A program made the position numbers and the translations under genes. Source: Candidatus Poseidoniaceae archaeon (GTDB taxonomy: Archaea; Thermoplasmatota; Poseidoniia; Poseidoniales; Poseidoniaceae). From it: a stretch of 64,000 bases of DNA. Within the stretch, counting starts at the first letter, position 1; each line of letters begins with the position of its first letter. The stretch spans positions 16,866 to 80,865 of the forward strand of contig JADHSC010000004.1 in assembly GCA_016777125.1 (NCBI GenBank). The letters are read 5' to 3'. Positions 48,078 through 57,934 of the stretch are shown piece after piece. The notes under the pieces are model-generated. The model did not search any database and was not told the origin of the DNA. It worked only from the letters and a program-made list of their open reading frames with translations.

Positions 48078-48184
48078 GTTATCAAATTGCTTTTGACGCC
48101 ATTTCCTTTTGAACTGTTGTTTCTATTGCGCCATGCATGAAAGGTTCAAAACAGGGTGCTGAGTGGATTACTTGAGGGACAGGG

Positions 48185-48793
48185 GTGAAAAAATTACCAT
48201 TTCTTCTTGCTCTCGTTCTCTTTCTGCCTTGGGCGAGTTCTGCCCCTCAAGGAATAGGAGAAATTGCTGGAGGCGGTTGTATTTGCCACGGTTCTCAAGA
48301 TGCATCGACGGAACTCATTCTTCTTGGTCTTCCATCACAATTTGAATCGAATACGTCGTACAATTTTTCCCTAGAAGTACGTTCCTCCGAAGTGAGTCTT
48401 TCTATTGGAGAAGAGGCTGGAGGATTTAGAATAGAGATTTCCGGAGGCGATATCCAGTTCGATGAAACACTTGGCCATATTCAGAAACTTGAAAATGGCT
48501 GGACGCATACAACTTCTGGAAATAAAGTTCGATCGTGGAATTTTACTTACATCAGCCCTGATGATAATAGCACATATACAGATCTAACAATTAACGGCAA
48601 TGCAGTGAATGGAAACGGGCAGAGTACCGGTGATGCTTGGAATGGAACAATAATTCGAGTTCCTGGAATTGCATACGTAGGTGATATTGAGCCTACTTTG
48701 AAAGAGGCTTCTCTTGATACACTGGATTACACAGTTGGAAGCATAGCATTAGGCGGATTAATCGTATTAGCAATAATCATCATTAAAGATTGA
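48185..48793 (+). CDS. Secreted, C-terminally anchored protein with a single CXXCH (c-type heme-binding) motif
   Basis: Signal peptide MKKLPFLLALVLFLPWASSA. GGCICHGSQD (CxxCH) lies 10 aa after the predicted cleavage site, followed by a beta-rich domain. C-terminal TM IALGGLIVLAIIIIKD. Confidence 0.4.
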   Translation: MKKLPFLLALVLFLPWASSAPQGIGEIAGGGCICHGSQDASTELILLGLPSQFESNTSYNFSLEVRSSEVSLSIGEEAGGFRIEISGGDIQFDETLGHIQKLENGWTHTTSGNKVRSWNFTYISPDDNSTYTDLTINGNAVNGNGQSTGDAWNGTIIRVPGIAYVGDIEPTLKEASLDTLDYTVGSIALGGLIVLAIIIIKD

Positions 48794-49930
48794 TTAGTTT
48801 ACAAATTCTATTGTACTGCTGCGTAGGGCTTTGAGTTGCCTGCTCTCGGAGGAGCCATGTATTTGCTCACTCTTGACACCAGTTAGCACAAGCATGACGC
48901 GAATCTCATCATCAAGAGATTCATCAATTGCAGTTCCCCAAATGATTCGTGCATGCGGCGAAATTCGTTCTGTAATGATTTGAGCACAACGCTCAGCCTC
49001 TCCAAGTGTGAGGTTGTTCCCTCCAACCACGTTGATGAGCGCACCTCTTGCATCACTGAAATCAAGATCAAGAAGTGGGGAATGTAGCGCTTCGAGCGTT
49101 GCTTCTTCTGCTCTCCCAGGGCCGGAACCAGCGCCTAGTCCAATCATAGCCACACCAGAACCAGAATGAATAACAGATTTCAAATCCTCAAAGTCAAGGT
49201 TGACCATTCCATCACGAGTGAGTAATTCTGTAACTCCGATAATTGAACGAACTAACAATTCATCTCCAACTCTGAAGGCGCTTGCAAGAGGTAAATCTTT
49301 GACACCTTCTATCTCCAGTAACTTTTCATTTGGAATGACTAGAATAGTATCACAATGCTCACGAAGTCTCTCAAGTCCCCACTCTGCATTTTCACGACGT
49401 GTTGCACCTTCCGAGTTGAATGGATAGGTTACAACTGCAATGGTCATAGCACCTTGCTGCTTTGCCAATCGTGCGATGTGTCCAGCAGCGCCCGTGCCAG
49501 AGCCGCCACCCATGCCAGCAGCGATAATTGCAAGTTGCGTGTCTGTAGTAATTGCTCGAAGTGACATTTCGGATTCTAATGCAGCAGCTTCACCCTTTGT
49601 TGGATCTCCACCTGCACCGCGTCCTCGAGCAGTTCTACCAATGAGAATTTTATTCTCTAGTGGCGACATGAGTAAGGCTTGAGCATCCGTGTTAATGGCA
49701 TATCCTGTCACGAATGAATTTTCAAAGAGTCCTTCTGATTCAAGTCTTCCAACAGCGTTGCAACCAGCTCCACCTACGCCATAGACACGAATTCTTGGTT
49801 GAAGAGATTCGAGGAGTGTTCGGAGTTCTTCATCTGTTCCCTGGCCCGCAGGTTGGGGAGTCAACTGTGGTACAACTTCTTCTTCTGAGAGTTCTAACAC
49901 ACGTTCGATCAAATGGCGCATGGAAGACAT
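48794..49930 (-). CDS. ftsZ: Cell division GTPase FtsZ
   Basis: Motifs VYGVGGAGCNAV and AGMGGGSGTGAAGHIARLAK (tubulin signature GGGTGSG), with the T7 loop region NVDFEDL. 378 aa. Confidence 0.9.
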   Translation of the reverse strand: MSSMRHLIERVLELSEEEVVPQLTPQPAGQGTDEELRTLLESLQPRIRVYGVGGAGCNAVGRLESEGLFENSFVTGYAINTDAQALLMSPLENKILIGRTARGRGAGGDPTKGEAAALESEMSLRAITTDTQLAIIAAGMGGGSGTGAAGHIARLAKQQGAMTIAVVTYPFNSEGATRRENAEWGLERLREHCDTILVIPNEKLLEIEGVKDLPLASAFRVGDELLVRSIIGVTELLTRDGMVNLDFEDLKSVIHSGSGVAMIGLGAGSGPGRAEEATLEALHSPLLDLDFSDARGALINVVGGNNLTLGEAERCAQIITERISPHARIIWGTAIDESLDDEIRVMLVLTGVKSEQIHGSSESRQLKALRSSTIEFVN

Positions 49931-49998
49931 CTTCGTTGTTGGTAACTTGAATGTATTGCCTCGTCAGCACACGCAGAAGAGGTTTTCAACACCCTGTT

Positions 49999-51036
49999 TC
50001 AATCGCGGAGTCCTTCTTGCGTAACCTGGTAGACACACTCGCCATCTGGGAGGTTTGGTGAGTCGACCAATCGAGCAATTCTTCGTCCGCCCTTTGCCTT
50101 TCTCAGGTAAAGTCTGAAGGTTGAAGCGTGGGCTAGAACGTGGCCACCAATAGGCTTGGTAGGGTCGCCCCACATAGCATCAGGCTTGGAATGAACTTGG
50201 TTTGTCACGAGGACAAGCGCGTTGTTTATGTCAGCAAGCTGCTTGAGGTCTTTGAGGTGACGATTCAATTTTTGTTGCCTGTTTGCTAGCATTCCACGGC
50301 CAATGTATTCGGCACGGAAATGGCTTGTTAGTGAGTCAACAATAATCATTTTCACGTTCAATCCCTTGCTCATTCGCTTAATTTCTTCTGCGAGAAGCAT
50401 TTGGTGAGCGGAGTTGTACGCTCTGGCAACGTGTATTCTGCTTAGAACAGCATCAGGATCTAGACCGTGTCCTCGTGCCATTTGAGTAATACGCTCAGGT
50501 CGGAATGTATCTTCTGTATCGATGTAGAACACATCGCCATCGAAACCTCCCTCTTCAACAGGCATAGTGCAGTTGACAGCGAGTTGATGGCCGATTTGAG
50601 TTTTCCCTGAACCGAATGCACCATACACTTCTACCAGAGCTTGTGTTTCGAATCCACCGCCCAGTAAATCATCGATTGATTGAACCTTGGATGAGAGTTT
50701 CTGAACTTCTCGACGTCGGTCGAGTAGAGCAACACCGGATACGAATCCTCCAATGTTTGCCATCTTTTTTGCAGCGTTGATGATCTTACTAGCGACAGCC
50801 TCGCCAAGTTCTGCTTGGTCCGCTAAATCGCCTGGAGACATAACCGCAAGAGCGAGTAATTCGTCGAATCCAGCTTCTCGTAGTTTTTCGGCCGTTGCTG
50901 GACCTACTCCGGGTAAGTCTTCAATTGAAACCTCGGGGGCTTCGTCATCAACGGCTTCCATTAGAATATCCTCTTCTACAGTCAGACTTTCATCCTTCTT
51001 ACTTGTTGTCTTTTTCTTTTTGCTTGTTGTACTCAT
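49999..51036 (-). CDS. radA: DNA repair and recombination protein RadA (archaeal RecA/Rad51 homolog)
   Basis: N-terminal HhH segment [23 protein letters not shown]. Walker [20 protein letters not shown]. The protein also contains ...[14 protein letters not shown]... and a Walker B hydrophobic stretch [16 protein letters not shown]. Confidence 0.9.
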   Translation of the reverse strand: MSTTSKKKKTTSKKDESLTVEEDILMEAVDDEAPEVSIEDLPGVGPATAEKLREAGFDELLALAVMSPGDLADQAELGEAVASKIINAAKKMANIGGFVSGVALLDRRREVQKLSSKVQSIDDLLGGGFETQALVEVYGAFGSGKTQIGHQLAVNCTMPVEEGGFDGDVFYIDTEDTFRPERITQMARGHGLDPDAVLSRIHVARAYNSAHQMLLAEEIKRMSKGLNVKMIIVDSLTSHFRAEYIGRGMLANRQQKLNRHLKDLKQLADINNALVLVTNQVHSKPDAMWGDPTKPIGGHVLAHASTFRLYLRKAKGGRRIARLVDSPNLPDGECVYQVTQEGLRD

Positions 51037-51151
51037 TGTATCACTGTCTCAAACCAATGGCTGAGGGTATATGAAAGAAGATTTGAGAGGAAGGAGGTAT
51101 GAAATCTGAACATTTCTTATCCAACGGGGACAGCACCCCCAATTTCACTTT

Positions 51152-51979
51152 TCATTCACTTTCAGTTTGTGAATCTTCATTTCCACTTTCTGTTGGAAAA
51201 GGATTCGTAGCACTTTCAGTCGCATCATACAAAATATCAACGATGTGATTAATGTTTATTCGGTCTTGACCTTGATCTATGTTGACCGATAGTTCATGAA
51301 TCTCCTTATCTGGTATGCTTAGGGAAAAATCCCATACGGCATCTTGCCCATCCGCAATTTGTTCGGATTTCATACCCTTGCTTTCCGAATCGGCATTTGT
51401 CAATTCCCATGTAATTGTTACAGGTCCACCGCCACCGATTGGCCCTGTTGTTGAAGGGTTTTCAACAGTAGATTGAATGGTCAATAGTTTTGGAGCAGGA
51501 CCATCATTATCAGGTTCTGTATTAATCGACATCACATCTGGTTGCGCACTGTTTTGTTCACTCCATTCGATATGCTTCTCGATTCGAACGACAAGAGTCA
51601 TGTTCTCCGAGTTTTCTTCAACATCCGTTGCAGTAAGAACGATTGTGAACAACCCATGAAGCTCATATTCCACATCGATATTCGCCGTTTCGTCAGCGTT
51701 CACTGTTATTGGACTACGTCCATCTCCAGGTTCGATTGAAAACGTGGCGAGATCAAAATCGGATGTTGTCCGGGCAAAATCAAAGTTTAATGTGACTCCA
51801 TTCAGAGAAATCTGCGATCCTCCGAGGAAGGATTGCTGGATTGTACCGCTGGTTGAATCGTAATACACTACCAAATTGATAGCGCTCTCTTCATCTCCTT
51901 CATCTGAATCAAGGCAGCCAGAGAATGATGTTAGGAGCACAAGTAAAGAGAACCCTATCGCTTTCCACCCTCCGCTCAT
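51152..51979 (-). CDS. Secreted lipoprotein-like protein (hypothetical)
   Basis: Signal/lipobox-like MSGGWKAIGFSLLVLLTSFSGC followed by an acidic beta-rich domain. 275 aa. Confidence 0.4.
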   Translation of the reverse strand: MSGGWKAIGFSLLVLLTSFSGCLDSDEGDEESAINLVVYYDSTSGTIQQSFLGGSQISLNGVTLNFDFARTTSDFDLATFSIEPGDGRSPITVNADETANIDVEYELHGLFTIVLTATDVEENSENMTLVVRIEKHIEWSEQNSAQPDVMSINTEPDNDGPAPKLLTIQSTVENPSTTGPIGGGGPVTITWELTNADSESKGMKSEQIADGQDAVWDFSLSIPDKEIHELSVNIDQGQDRININHIVDILYDATESATNPFPTESGNEDSQTESE

Positions 51980-52067
51980 GGTTATGGTTACACGTCATCA
52001 TTGAAGAAATCAATGCCGAATAGACTACTTTTCGATTATCGGTGGATTGAAAGGGAAGAACTGTGGC

Positions 52068-52145
52068 CGTCAAAGCAGCGAGGTGGGGTAGTCTGGATAT
52101 CCCGTCGGGCTCATAACCCGGAGATCGATGGTTCAAATCCATCCC
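52068..52145 (+). tRNA. Initiator tRNA-Met (anticodon CAU), archaeal type, with genomically encoded 3'-CCA
   Basis: Cloverleaf folded by eye. Acceptor AGCGAGG/CCTCGCT (7 bp, A1:U72). Anticodon stem TCGGG/CCCGG with three consecutive G:C pairs. Loop CTCATAA (CAT anticodon). T-arm GATGG-TTCAAAT-CCATC. Discriminator A, then CCA at 52143..52145. Confidence 0.8.
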
Positions 52146-52155
52146 TCGCTACCAC

Positions 52156-52896
52156 TCAAGAATATTCGTAATAGTCGTGCTTCGGCTTTAGTGTGTCCAT
52201 GGCGCTTTGTAATCGTACATTTGCAGCAGTGATTCCCTCGGAAATATCTGAACATTCTTGACGTATTCGCCGCGATTGCTCTACGCATTCTGGATAACCG
52301 TGGGCACATGATTCCAAAACTGAAAGAACAGGATCGATTTGAACAGCTCGATTACCTTCGGGTTTGAGCCAATATTGTCCGTTTTCCAAAATAACCGGGC
52401 CAGCGATTTCGGTATCCTTTGCTAATGTTTTGCTACGCTTTGTAGCATGGCCTTCAGACTGGCATACAGAAAGCATAGCCACAATATTTCCGGGCTTAAT
52501 TTTATGTGCTCGCAAGAAGAACTTGACCGCTTTTCTTGATTTGCCACAGGCCGCATATACATCCCCTATCCGCATTAGGTCTTCTTCCAAGGGAGTTATT
52601 TTTTGTAATAACTGAGGTGCAGATTGGAGCAGTATTTTCTCCAATTTTTTTCGTTCTCGTTGCAAGACAGATGCAGCCTTTATTGCAAGGTTGTGTTTTT
52701 TTCGCTGAGACAAAACCTCAGTTAGAATCCGAAGCCCTTTGACAAGTAATGTCTGTGTTGCGGCATCACGGCCTTTCTGAGAAAGAAGCATGGCTGTGAA
52801 TTCACTCGACATGACTTCGACCATTTCGTAGCGCTGTTCTTCAAAATAACGAATCATTTGCGACAATGTTTGATTCGGGTCTGACATTCCAAACAT
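52156..52896 (-). CDS. Hypothetical protein
   Basis: 246 aa ORF with a helical N-half and a Cys/His-containing C-half. No motif recognised. Confidence 0.3.
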   Translation of the reverse strand: MFGMSDPNQTLSQMIRYFEEQRYEMVEVMSSEFTAMLLSQKGRDAATQTLLVKGLRILTEVLSQRKKHNLAIKAASVLQRERKKLEKILLQSAPQLLQKITPLEEDLMRIGDVYAACGKSRKAVKFFLRAHKIKPGNIVAMLSVCQSEGHATKRSKTLAKDTEIAGPVILENGQYWLKPEGNRAVQIDPVLSVLESCAHGYPECVEQSRRIRQECSDISEGITAANVRLQSAMDTLKPKHDYYEYS

Positions 52897-52905
52897 GTTG
52901 AAACC

Positions 52906-53172
52906 TCATTGATGATTGATTGCAGCAGTTAGCGTTGTTGTACTGATCACGCCATCGATTGTTCGAATATTACGGAGAATAAATGATGAGAGAGATGTAA
53001 AATCGGGCATCACAATCTTACAGTAGGCATCATATTCGCCAAACAAGATCATGGATTCGACAACCTCTGACATTTCTGAAAGCGTTTGTGAAATACTGTT
53101 TTCAAATCCTGGTTTTGTCGAAATCAAAACAATCGCAGTCGCCACTGACTCGTGTTCATCAATGGCGGCCAT
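52906..53172 (-). CDS. Stand-alone Lrp/AsnC-type RAM (ligand-binding) domain protein
   Basis: 88 aa: VATAIVLISTKPGFENSISQTLSEMSEVVESMILFGEYDAYCKIVMPDFTSLSSFI ... IDGVISTTTL matches the alpha/beta RAM domain consensus including the GEYD motif. Confidence 0.45.
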   Translation of the reverse strand: MAAIDEHESVATAIVLISTKPGFENSISQTLSEMSEVVESMILFGEYDAYCKIVMPDFTSLSSFILRNIRTIDGVISTTTLTAAINHQ

Positions 53173-53235
53173 GAGTGTCGATTCGGAACCTCATGTTTAA
53201 TTCTTGACGTGCTTTGGTTGAATTCGGAGAAGGTC

Positions 53236-53760
53236 ATGCAGAAGCCGATTTTTGCTATAACGGGATCACCTGGTACAGGTAAAACAACTCTGTCAAGCCA
53301 ATTGTCACCAGAACGGTTTGACTGCTTTACTGTTGAACAAATTGCAACTCAATTAGGATGTATAGAGCACCAAGAAGGAGACCTTATCATTACAACCGAT
53401 CTTCTATCAGACTGGAACTATGAAGGGGATAAAATCGCCATCATTGAAGGACATCTTGCTCATCACTGCACTGTTGATGCTCTCATTCTTCTTCGATGTC
53501 ATCCAGACGAATTAAGTATAAGGCTGTCAAAGAGGGACGGCTATGATGCGACGAAAATTCAGAACAATATCGAGTGGGAGATGATTGCTGGGATTTGGAC
53601 CGAGTTACTTGATAGAAGCCCTCATTTGCCGATACTTGAACTGGACATGACCAATGCTTCAAATGCCCAAGATTCTATTGAATTGTTCATGTCGCAATAT
53701 GAGGGTGAAAAGACCGTCCAAGAATCAATACCCCTTGCAATAGACTGGTTAGAAGGCTAA
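53236..53760 (+). CDS. P-loop nucleotide kinase, adenylate kinase isoenzyme 6 / Fap7-like
   Basis: N-terminal Walker A IFAITGSPGTGKTTLSSQL. Size ~175 aa and overall pattern resemble the archaeal/eukaryotic AK6 (Fap7) family. Confidence 0.55.
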   Translation: MQKPIFAITGSPGTGKTTLSSQLSPERFDCFTVEQIATQLGCIEHQEGDLIITTDLLSDWNYEGDKIAIIEGHLAHHCTVDALILLRCHPDELSIRLSKRDGYDATKIQNNIEWEMIAGIWTELLDRSPHLPILELDMTNASNAQDSIELFMSQYEGEKTVQESIPLAIDWLEG

Positions 53761-53802
53761 ATTATGTCCGAAAGCATATGACCTTTCGATGCACCGGCAG
53801 GA

Positions 53803-54519
53803 ATGAGACCAATGGCTCTGGAACAGTTAAGGAAGCGCTGGGAAGCAATGGCTTCCCCCCTGGTAATGGGCTTAGGCCGAACCAATCCTGCTTTTCTTAC
53901 ATGGCTTGCTTTACCTGTCGGTATTGCAGCCAGCCTACTTGTCCTCTTCGCACCAAAATCAGATACTGGTGCATTGATGCTCATGGGATCTGCCCTATTG
54001 ATTGGCTTCTCCATGATTCTTGATGGTCTTGATGGACAACTCGCCCGTGAAACAGGCCAAGTTTCTCGCTGGGGAGATTATCTCGATCATACTCTCGACA
54101 GGCTTCTTGACGCAATGTGGGTAATTGCAATCGCCTCAAGTCCTGCATGGGTTGATGATCCGGCATTAGGTTGGGCTGCAGCTTGGTTTACAATCCTCGG
54201 CTCCTACATGGGCACACAAGCACAAGCGGTGAGCGGAGGCCGAAATTACAAAGGATTTTCAAGAGCAGATCGAACAATTCTAACCATTGCAGCGCTTGCA
54301 ATAACAGGAATATTCTGGCTTATCGGTGTACAGGATTATTCCGCTATGCCAGGTGTATTTGAGCATCTTGAACTCAACCCACTCACTGCAGTTGTCTTCA
54401 TTTCTGGGCTCGGTGGAATGTACACATTCGGAATCAGATTTTTGCAAGCCCGCAAGGAAATTATCGAACTCGATACAACACATCCATTGGAACAACCAAA
54501 TTCTGATGAATCCGAGTGA
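53803..54519 (+). CDS. CDP-alcohol phosphatidyltransferase (archaetidylserine/archaetidylinositol-phosphate synthase-like)
   Basis: Signature DGLDGQLARETGQVSRWGDYLDHTLDRLLD (D-G-x2-A-R-x8-G-x3-D-x3-D). Multiple TM helices. 238 aa. Confidence 0.75.
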   Translation: MRPMALEQLRKRWEAMASPLVMGLGRTNPAFLTWLALPVGIAASLLVLFAPKSDTGALMLMGSALLIGFSMILDGLDGQLARETGQVSRWGDYLDHTLDRLLDAMWVIAIASSPAWVDDPALGWAAAWFTILGSYMGTQAQAVSGGRNYKGFSRADRTILTIAALAITGIFWLIGVQDYSAMPGVFEHLELNPLTAVVFISGLGGMYTFGIRFLQARKEIIELDTTHPLEQPNSDESE

Positions 54520-54595
54520 TTCAAAACATCTCAAATCGGGTGTTTCATCGCTGCGTAATGCGGCATACTCTTAACAGACGGCGGCGACGTTATGT

Positions 54596-57500
54596 GTGAT
54601 GGGTGCGAACGCGCTGAACCGGAGTCTACAACCTAAGGCGGGCCTGATGGTCTTGCTTATGCTTCTCATGACTGTCCCGTTGATACCAACATCAGCGGCT
54701 GCTGACATTGGGGATGCTTCAAAATTACAAGCACAGGATATTGCCGTAACCTTCGATCCTGTTTCTGAAACAACAACAATCACGTGGAGAAATATTGAGA
54801 CCTTTTCAGGATCAAATGTTGCCAATCTGCAAAATGCTGAATACACTGTTTATCGCCACAGTGAACCAATTACTCCTGGAACCCTCGGAGCCGCAATACC
54901 ATTTGCAAACGTAACTGCATGTGTAGCGATTCAATCCGTTGAATGTCTTGCACCTACTCATCCAGGCCACTCATCCTCTTTCCTTGTCGGAGCTGGCGTC
55001 AATGACACTTACTTCTATGCAATCACGACTTCTTGGACAGAAGGCGAACAAGCATATTCATCTTCGGAATTAGACTTTAACGCCTCATCATTGTACGAGG
55101 GAGTCCATGAAGTAACATCGCCAGTGGAAACTCCAATTTTCTTCCAAGCCGAATATTCTTTGGCTGATAGTGAAACAACCCTAACTTGGTACAACTATCA
55201 CGACTTACCTAATTCAGATCCTGCAATGCCAGATACTCGAATCCTCGTTTGGCGCTCCGATGGAGAAATTGGAAGAGACAACGGCGGGGCCGTTTACGAA
55301 GGCCTGCCAACAAATTATCCAGTTGAGCTGCTTGCTAACCTTAGTTCCGAGAATTCAGAATATGTGAATCCAATTCCAAGCAATACAAACCGCGAATCCT
55401 ATTATGCGATTACGTATTTCATTCCAAATGGAACTGAATCAGGAGTAGATAAGGTCGATCTTCGTTTCCTCTCAGGAAATGCATTGAGTGAACCGATCCT
55501 TGAAGATAATCTACCTCCTTCGCACATAACCGATTTCAATGCATACTTCGTTGGTGATGTTGACGGAACAGGAACCACAACACTCTCTTGGAGCGGTTCA
55601 ACAATTGAAGACGACGAGCGCTACGAGATTTACGTTGCTGGCGATGTATTTTCCTCAATCTTCGAAACAGGACCAAGTTTAGTCGCGAGCATTCCAGAGA
55701 AATACACTGATATTTCAGAAGAAGGAGAACCAATAGAGATGGTAAGTATTGAAGAAGAAAACATCAAGTATGAATACACTCGAAACTTACCAGTCGGTTC
55801 ACTGGGTCTTGCAACCTATTGTATTGTTCTTGTAGATGAGATTGGATTGTTTAACGCAAACACGTCATCTGGATCATGCGATACAGTTGAAGAGGACGCG
55901 TATTCGACTTGGGAAAAAGAACCGTCCAATGTTCATGCTGAGTTCATTGGAGATCGTACAGTACGAGTAACATGGACAGATCAACTTGGAGTTGAAGGCG
56001 AACGATACCATGTCCGTTCATCTTCAGGGTTCCAACCACCACCTCAACAATTTGCCACAGCAACAACATATCACGGGTTCGCAAACGATAACGTTGAGAC
56101 ATTTGATATTGTACTCAACGAAACCGTCGTATCTGCAAGTGGCGCCGTTTTACAATGGTACATCTATGTGACAAGCGAAGCACAGTATGTCCACACGACT
56201 GGATCATACGAATATATGGGCCTGAACAACAACTCGTTTGGACCAGTAGCAATCGATATTACCACGCCAACAAACCCGTCAATCGTTGATGCTGAAAGCA
56301 GAGGTGATCTTGGCTTCGTCGCTCTCGAGTGGTTAAACCTCCAAGAATCAAATGAAACCTATCAGGTTTGGAGGCATACTGGTGATCCGTTTAACGGTGG
56401 CCAGACAAGTATTACCACAAGCGATGCTGACGGTTGGGAATTGGTCCTTGATGACATAAACGTTGGAGAACAAAATTCTGCAACGATCATCAGAAACATT
56501 CCGCTTGCTAGCGATACAGAGCGTGAGGTTTGGTATGCAGTTACGGTTGCAGATGAATTTAACAATACGAATTCCGATATTCTTGAAGGATTGAACACTA
56601 ATTCATTCCTGGTTCGAGAAGATACTCTTGCGCCATCTGTTGAACTTCGGTTATTAGATGATGAAAATTCAGAATACACAAGCCCATCGTTAATCGCTGG
56701 AACATATACCATCAAAATTGAAGCGAGTGAGGAATTGAAAACCACTCCTATGATCGAAGTGGTCTCAGATTCTGGGTTTAACGTAACAGGGGGCGGAGAG
56801 CCAATGACTCAAATTGCCGACAACCTGTTGAACCCTGACAAAGGTCCTGAATATTCCTACAGTTTTACAATTCCTGCTTCAGCCAATGCCGGAGCAATGA
56901 CATTCGAGATGACTCTCATTGATGACGCCGATAACATAGGCATAACAACAAACACGAACTATCATATTGACGCAAAGGGACCTACAGTTACGATTTATTC
57001 ACCATCGCCTTCCTCAGAGGGCTCAAAGTATCTTTATGGAAACAAGATTAATCTCATGTTTGCTGCAGAGGATGATGTTCAAATCCAGGATTTACAATAC
57101 AGATTCACCTTCAATTATGGTGGATTGACAGGTATTACCAGTACCTCTCCATGGGCTGACGCCGGAGGAATTACAGATGTTGAACAAGACATGTCAACTC
57201 TCGTAAGCGATATGGATTTCTCAGCTGGAACCTTTGATGCCGGCCAACACGCAATCACAGTCCGGGGTATCGATACAGCAGGTAATGAAGTTTCACAACG
57301 TGTTGTCTTTGTAGTCGACTTTTGTAGAAACAACCTCGAAGGTGAAACAATTTGCACCTTTGAAGAAGATCTCAAAGAAGCTCCTGAGCCAGAACAAATC
57401 ACTCCATCGATGAGCGATCCTCCATATCTTTTGGTTTGGATTGCAGTTGCAGTCAATATACTCTTGTTCATTGTCGCCCTAATGATTGTGCAAACGAGCA

Positions 57501-57916
57501 TGTCAGGTCCAAAGAAGAAGAAGGCTGGCGAAGAAGAAGATGAGGATTGGATGTCAGAATTCATCGGCACAAGCCAAGATCTGGATATGGATGCCATTAC
57601 TGGAACAGGCTCCACAACGGAACCCGAGAATGAGGAAAAGAAGGCTGTTGAAGCTGAGCCAGAGGGGGATGAAGACGACCCGTTCGCAGTAAATCTTGTA
57701 CAACGCAAGACTCGCCGAAAGAAGGAAGTTGTCGAAGAAATCGATGAAGATGAAGCAGAAGGCATCTTCTGGGACGATGACGATGATGAAGACGAAGACG
57801 ATGAAGAAGAGGAGGATGAAGAACCTGCTCCACGCAAGCGTCCAGTCCGCAAGCGACCTACTCGCAAAGCACCAACTCGCAAACGTCCAGTTCGCCGTAA
57901 GGCAAAAGACGATTGA
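54596..57916 (+). CDS. Large (1106 aa) secreted surface protein with a C-terminal TM anchor and a highly charged cytoplasmic tail
   Basis: Signal peptide LMVLLMLLMTVPLIPTSAAA. Long beta-rich ectodomain. TM LLVWIAVAVNILLFIVALMIV. The tail contains an acidic run DDDDDEDEDDEEEEDEE and basic RKRPVRKRPTRKAPTRKRPVRRK repeats. Confidence 0.6.
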   Translation: MMGANALNRSLQPKAGLMVLLMLLMTVPLIPTSAAADIGDASKLQAQDIAVTFDPVSETTTITWRNIETFSGSNVANLQNAEYTVYRHSEPITPGTLGAAIPFANVTACVAIQSVECLAPTHPGHSSSFLVGAGVNDTYFYAITTSWTEGEQAYSSSELDFNASSLYEGVHEVTSPVETPIFFQAEYSLADSETTLTWYNYHDLPNSDPAMPDTRILVWRSDGEIGRDNGGAVYEGLPTNYPVELLANLSSENSEYVNPIPSNTNRESYYAITYFIPNGTESGVDKVDLRFLSGNALSEPILEDNLPPSHITDFNAYFVGDVDGTGTTTLSWSGSTIEDDERYEIYVAGDVFSSIFETGPSLVASIPEKYTDISEEGEPIEMVSIEEENIKYEYTRNLPVGSLGLATYCIVLVDEIGLFNANTSSGSCDTVEEDAYSTWEKEPSNVHAEFIGDRTVRVTWTDQLGVEGERYHVRSSSGFQPPPQQFATATTYHGFANDNVETFDIVLNETVVSASGAVLQWYIYVTSEAQYVHTTGSYEYMGLNNNSFGPVAIDITTPTNPSIVDAESRGDLGFVALEWLNLQESNETYQVWRHTGDPFNGGQTSITTSDADGWELVLDDINVGEQNSATIIRNIPLASDTEREVWYAVTVADEFNNTNSDILEGLNTNSFLVREDTLAPSVELRLLDDENSEYTSPSLIAGTYTIKIEASEELKTTPMIEVVSDSGFNVTGGGEPMTQIADNLLNPDKGPEYSYSFTIPASANAGAMTFEMTLIDDADNIGITTNTNYHIDAKGPTVTIYSPSPSSEGSKYLYGNKINLMFAAEDDVQIQDLQYRFTFNYGGLTGITSTSPWADAGGITDVEQDMSTLVSDMDFSAGTFDAGQHAITVRGIDTAGNEVSQRVVFVVDFCRNNLEGETICTFEEDLKEAPEPEQITPSMSDPPYLLVWIAVAVNILLFIVALMIVQTSMSGPKKKKAGEEEDEDWMSEFIGTSQDLDMDAITGTGSTTEPENEEKKAVEAEPEGDEDDPFAVNLVQRKTRRKKEVVEEIDEDEAEGIFWDDDDDEDEDDEEEEDEEPAPRKRPVRKRPTRKAPTRKRPVRRKAKDD
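57833..57902 (+). repeat. Tandem 15-nt repeat, about 4.5 copies, encoding pentapeptide RKRPV/RKRPT/RKAPT units within the tail of the 54596..57916 CDS
   Basis: Successive units are cgcaagcgtccagtc / cgcaagcgacctact / cgcaaagcaccaact / cgcaaacgtccagtt / cgccgtaag. Confidence 0.6.
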
Positions 57917-57934
57917 TGCGAACTACGGTGAGGA

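Noticed and set aside
52150-53180. Possible integrated mobile element downstream of the tRNA-Met gene
   Set aside because: No integrase, transposase or recombinase motifs and no visible duplication of the tRNA 3' end. The adjacent genes look like ordinary small regulators or hypothetical proteins.
57115-57882. 255-aa minus-strand ORF rich in poly-Ser
   Set aside because: It is the antisense reading of the GAA/GAT-rich acidic tail of the 54596..57916 gene and is a low-complexity artefact.
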